This document shows positions 61,801 to 64,000 of a DNA stretch of 64,000 nucleotides, in pieces. How positions within the stretch are numbered: the first letter of the stretch is position 1; every line of letters starts with the position of its first letter. Position numbers and translations under genes: made by a program. Source of the DNA: an uncultured bacterium. Its GTDB lineage: Bacteria > Patescibacteriota > Minisyncoccia > Phycocordibacterales > GWA1-40-21. The DNA lies in NCBI GenBank assembly GCA_963798465.1, contig CAWCTC010000001.1:464465-528464 (forward strand), given 5' to 3'. The notes below the pieces were generated by a model, which had not been told where the DNA came from, ran no database searches, and worked only from the letters and a program-made list of their open reading frames with translations.

Positions 61801-64000
61801 TTATCTTTCCAATAAATTTTCCTCAAACTCTTTAATTCCCTTCAAGTCTTTAGAATATTTGCTTATATCCGGAAAATCTAAATTAACAATTTTTTTATAA
61901 ACAATATTTATGAGTTTTTTCAATTTTTCGGTTTTTTCAGCAGGAATGAGCATATCTAAAGTTATTATTTGTCCATTTTCCCTTTTTGGTTCTACAAAAT
62001 CCAAAACACCTTTGGAAACTTTTTTCTTTCCACCGAATTCGCGGGAATTTTCTACAAGTATTTTATAAAAGATAAGTTGTCTTTCATATTCATAAGCTTT
62101 TATTTTTTTATATGGATCGGTATTTTCCCAATCGGAAAGCGGACTGCCGGTTTTATAATCGTGGACTTCAAGATCATTGTTTCCAACATCAACTATTCTA
62201 TCGATCTTTCCGTTTAATTCCGCTCCGTCAACATTTACGCCTTGATCTTTGAAATTAAACTCAACGATATCTTTTTGTCCGAATGTATTTGCTTTTTTAT
62301 CCAAGAATTTTCCCAGTGCTTCATTTCCTCTTTCTGAATATTTTTTGTAGTCGAGCGGTGCCATTCTTTCTTTCTTCAAAAAATATTCAAACCATTCCAA
62401 AGCTTCTTTTTTATCGGCAAGTTTTCCATCCTTTTTGAAAGTTAAAATAAATTTTTCTAAAGTCCTGTGTATCGCCGTTCCATACGAGCCGGAAACGGTT
62501 TTTGATTGCGGAAATCTCAGCAAATTTTGTTCCAAGAAATATTGCGGTCCGCCACGTTCGATGTTCAAAAAATTATTCAAATGCGTGACCGGCATTTTAT
62601 ATTCTTCAACCAAAGTTTCAAGAATTTTCTTTTCAGAGCCGATAAATGGCGTGGTTCTATAATCCAGCCACGAGGCCGTGAGAACTTCGTGCGGTTCAGG
62701 CGCATCTTCGTCTTTATCAGCTTGTTCAGGCAAATATAAAGTTTTCAAAACTTCCTTATCCAAGCTTTCTTTATCGAGCTCAGACACGAGAAAACGCAGT
62801 TTTTTGGCCTCTTTTCCGTTTTCTTTCGTTTGATATGAAGTCAGATATAAATATCGCTTGGCGCGCGTTATAGCCACGTAGAAAAGGCGCAATTTGTCGT
62901 CTTCGTTGTCGCTTGCTGGCCCGATTGGGAGATTTGTCGGAGATACAAGTTTTGAACTTATTCCTCTTCCGGCCCAAATGTCATCCTGGCAAGAAAGCAC
63001 AAAAACCGTTTCAAATTCCAAACCTTTTGCGCCGTGAGCTGTCATCAGATTTACCGCGCCTTTGAGTCTTGAGAAGGGACTCTGATCATTCAAAGGTATT
63101 TCATTTTTTTCGTGAAGTTCAACAAATTCCACTAAATCTTTTATCGACAAAATTTCTCCGCTTTTATATTCGCGAAGTGCATTTACGAAAACTCGAAGCG
63201 ATGAAAGAAAAGAAAGATACTCAGCTTTTGCATGTTCAAATTTTTCTTTGCTGAAATAAAATTCTTTGAAAGGACTGACAAAAAATCCAGATTCTTTTTC
63301 GATATCTTCAATCAAGTCATCATCTTCATTTTCAGCAGAATAAGAAACATGAGTGCCGATTATTTCGTCCAATATTTTTTCCAAAGGTTCGCTTTTTGAT
63401 CTTATTCCCAAATCCATCAAAAAAACTGCGATTTCTTTGATGTCGCTATTATCAGATAGAAGCATGGTTTCAAGCCAATTTTTTTCCGGCTCGCTTCTTC
63501 GCGCCGACAAAGAAATATTCCAAACATCTTCGCGATTTATTTCCCAAAATGGAAAACTCAAAATTTCCGGAAGAAATTCATCCGCTTCGTCTTTATATTT
63601 ATTTGAGATTGACGTGAGAAATTTTGAAATCGTAATAAGCTGGGCTATGTGTGGCTCTTTGAAAACATTTTGTTCCCTCTCATATCGAATATCAACTTCT
63701 ACTTCTTTAAGATAAGGAACGATTTCTTCCAGCTGATAATGTTTTCTTCCAATGACAGCGATTTCTTCCGGGTTTTCTCCGGCGTCGATTTTTTTTCTGA
63801 TTTCTTTTGCGATGAAATGATATTCATGCGCGCTTGTGATAAATTCTTTGTGCTTTATTCCGCCCTTTTTTATATTCGGATTCGATGAAGTGAGAGTTTT
63901 TTCAATTTCAGGATAAAGATTTTCAAGTCTTTCTTCGCCTTTAATTATCATTTCTCTCGCAATGTCCAAAATATCTTGCGTCGAACGATAATTTTGCGTC
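61801..64000 (-). CDS. UvrD/PcrA-type helicase with C-terminal PD-(D/E)xK nuclease domain (5' part outside window)
   Basis: The reading frame stays open to the window edge (…QNYRSTQDILDIAREMI is helicase motif IV). MTAHGAKGLEF, LFYVAITRAK. The C-terminus GKIDRIVD...EVHDYKTG...YERQLIFY is a nuclease motif. Confidence 0.8.
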   Translation of the reverse strand, partial: TQNYRSTQDILDIAREMIIKGEERLENLYPEIEKTLTSSNPNIKKGGIKHKEFITSAHEYHFIAKEIRKKIDAGENPEEIAVIGRKHYQLEEIVPYLKEVEVDIRYEREQNVFKEPHIAQLITISKFLTSISNKYKDEADEFLPEILSFPFWEINREDVWNISLSARRSEPEKNWLETMLLSDNSDIKEIAVFLMDLGIRSKSEPLEKILDEIIGTHVSYSAENEDDDLIEDIEKESGFFVSPFKEFYFSKEKFEHAKAEYLSFLSSLRVFVNALREYKSGEILSIKDLVEFVELHEKNEIPLNDQSPFSRLKGAVNLMTAHGAKGLEFETVFVLSCQDDIWAGRGISSKLVSPTNLPIGPASDNEDDKLRLFYVAITRAKRYLYLTSYQTKENGKEAKKLRFLVSELDKESLDKEVLKTLYLPEQADKDEDAPEPHEVLTASWLDYRTTPFIGSEKKILETLVEEYKMPVTHLNNFLNIERGGPQYFLEQNLLRFPQSKTVSGSYGTAIHRTLEKFILTFKKDGKLADKKEALEWFEYFLKKERMAPLDYKKYSERGNEALGKFLDKKANTFGQKDIVEFNFKDQGVNVDGAELNGKIDRIVDVGNNDLEVHDYKTGSPLSDWENTDPYKKIKAYEYERQLIFYKILVENSREFGGKKKVSKGVLDFVEPKRENGQIITLDMLIPAEKTEKLKKLINIVYKKIVNLDFPDISKYSKDLKGIKEFEENLLER

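Overview
This is an AT-rich bacterial window with short intergenic spacers, GC-rich hairpin terminators and many small orphan genes. The gene content looks like a small-genome, CPR/Patescibacteria-like organism, but that is inference only. The standard code (11) fits: long intact ORFs are present and TGA is used as a stop.

Housekeeping content:
- Translation and RNA: hpf, fmt, def, dus, rpmA, rplI, rplU, cysS, tRNA-Asn, tRNA-Gln.
- Replication and repair: dnaX, dnaB, recR, a DEDDh exonuclease, and a UvrD-like helicase-nuclease cut by the right edge of the window.
- rpoB-rpoC-dnaG-rpoD block.
- Envelope, transport and signalling: MarR plus a HlyD/MFS efflux operon, an ABC-2 pair, an ECF sigma module followed by MacA/MacB-like genes, cdaA, a GGDEF protein, ctp, corA-like, uppP and a DsbA-like protein.

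Observations most worth a second look:
1. A radical-SAM/SPASM gene is followed by a 45-aa Cys-rich ORF that is absent from the ORF track, then an HExxH protein and a prolyl oligopeptidase. The whole 4.8-kb unit is bracketed by 117-bp direct repeats (87 bp of them perfect), and one repeat is fused to the 3' end of tRNA-Asn.
2. A 107-nt repeat occurs three times. Each copy ends exactly at the ATG of an unrelated gene: an ABC-2 permease, a putative anti-sigma protein and dnaB.
3. rpoB, rpoC, dnaG and rpoD (37.4-47.5 kb) are shattered by dozens of frame changes while the flanking genes are intact. Isolated frameshifts also occur in a MacB permease, pyrG, uppP and an ABC-F remnant.
4. A GIY-YIG gene is flanked by perfect 34-bp inverted repeats, and ORF-less miniature versions of the same palindrome lie elsewhere.
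5. An accessory islet centred on tRNA-Gln carries two proteins with Rx4H (HEPN-like) motifs and a NADAR protein.
6. There are several unassigned structured-RNA candidates.

No rRNA, CRISPR array, integrase or transposase was seen.
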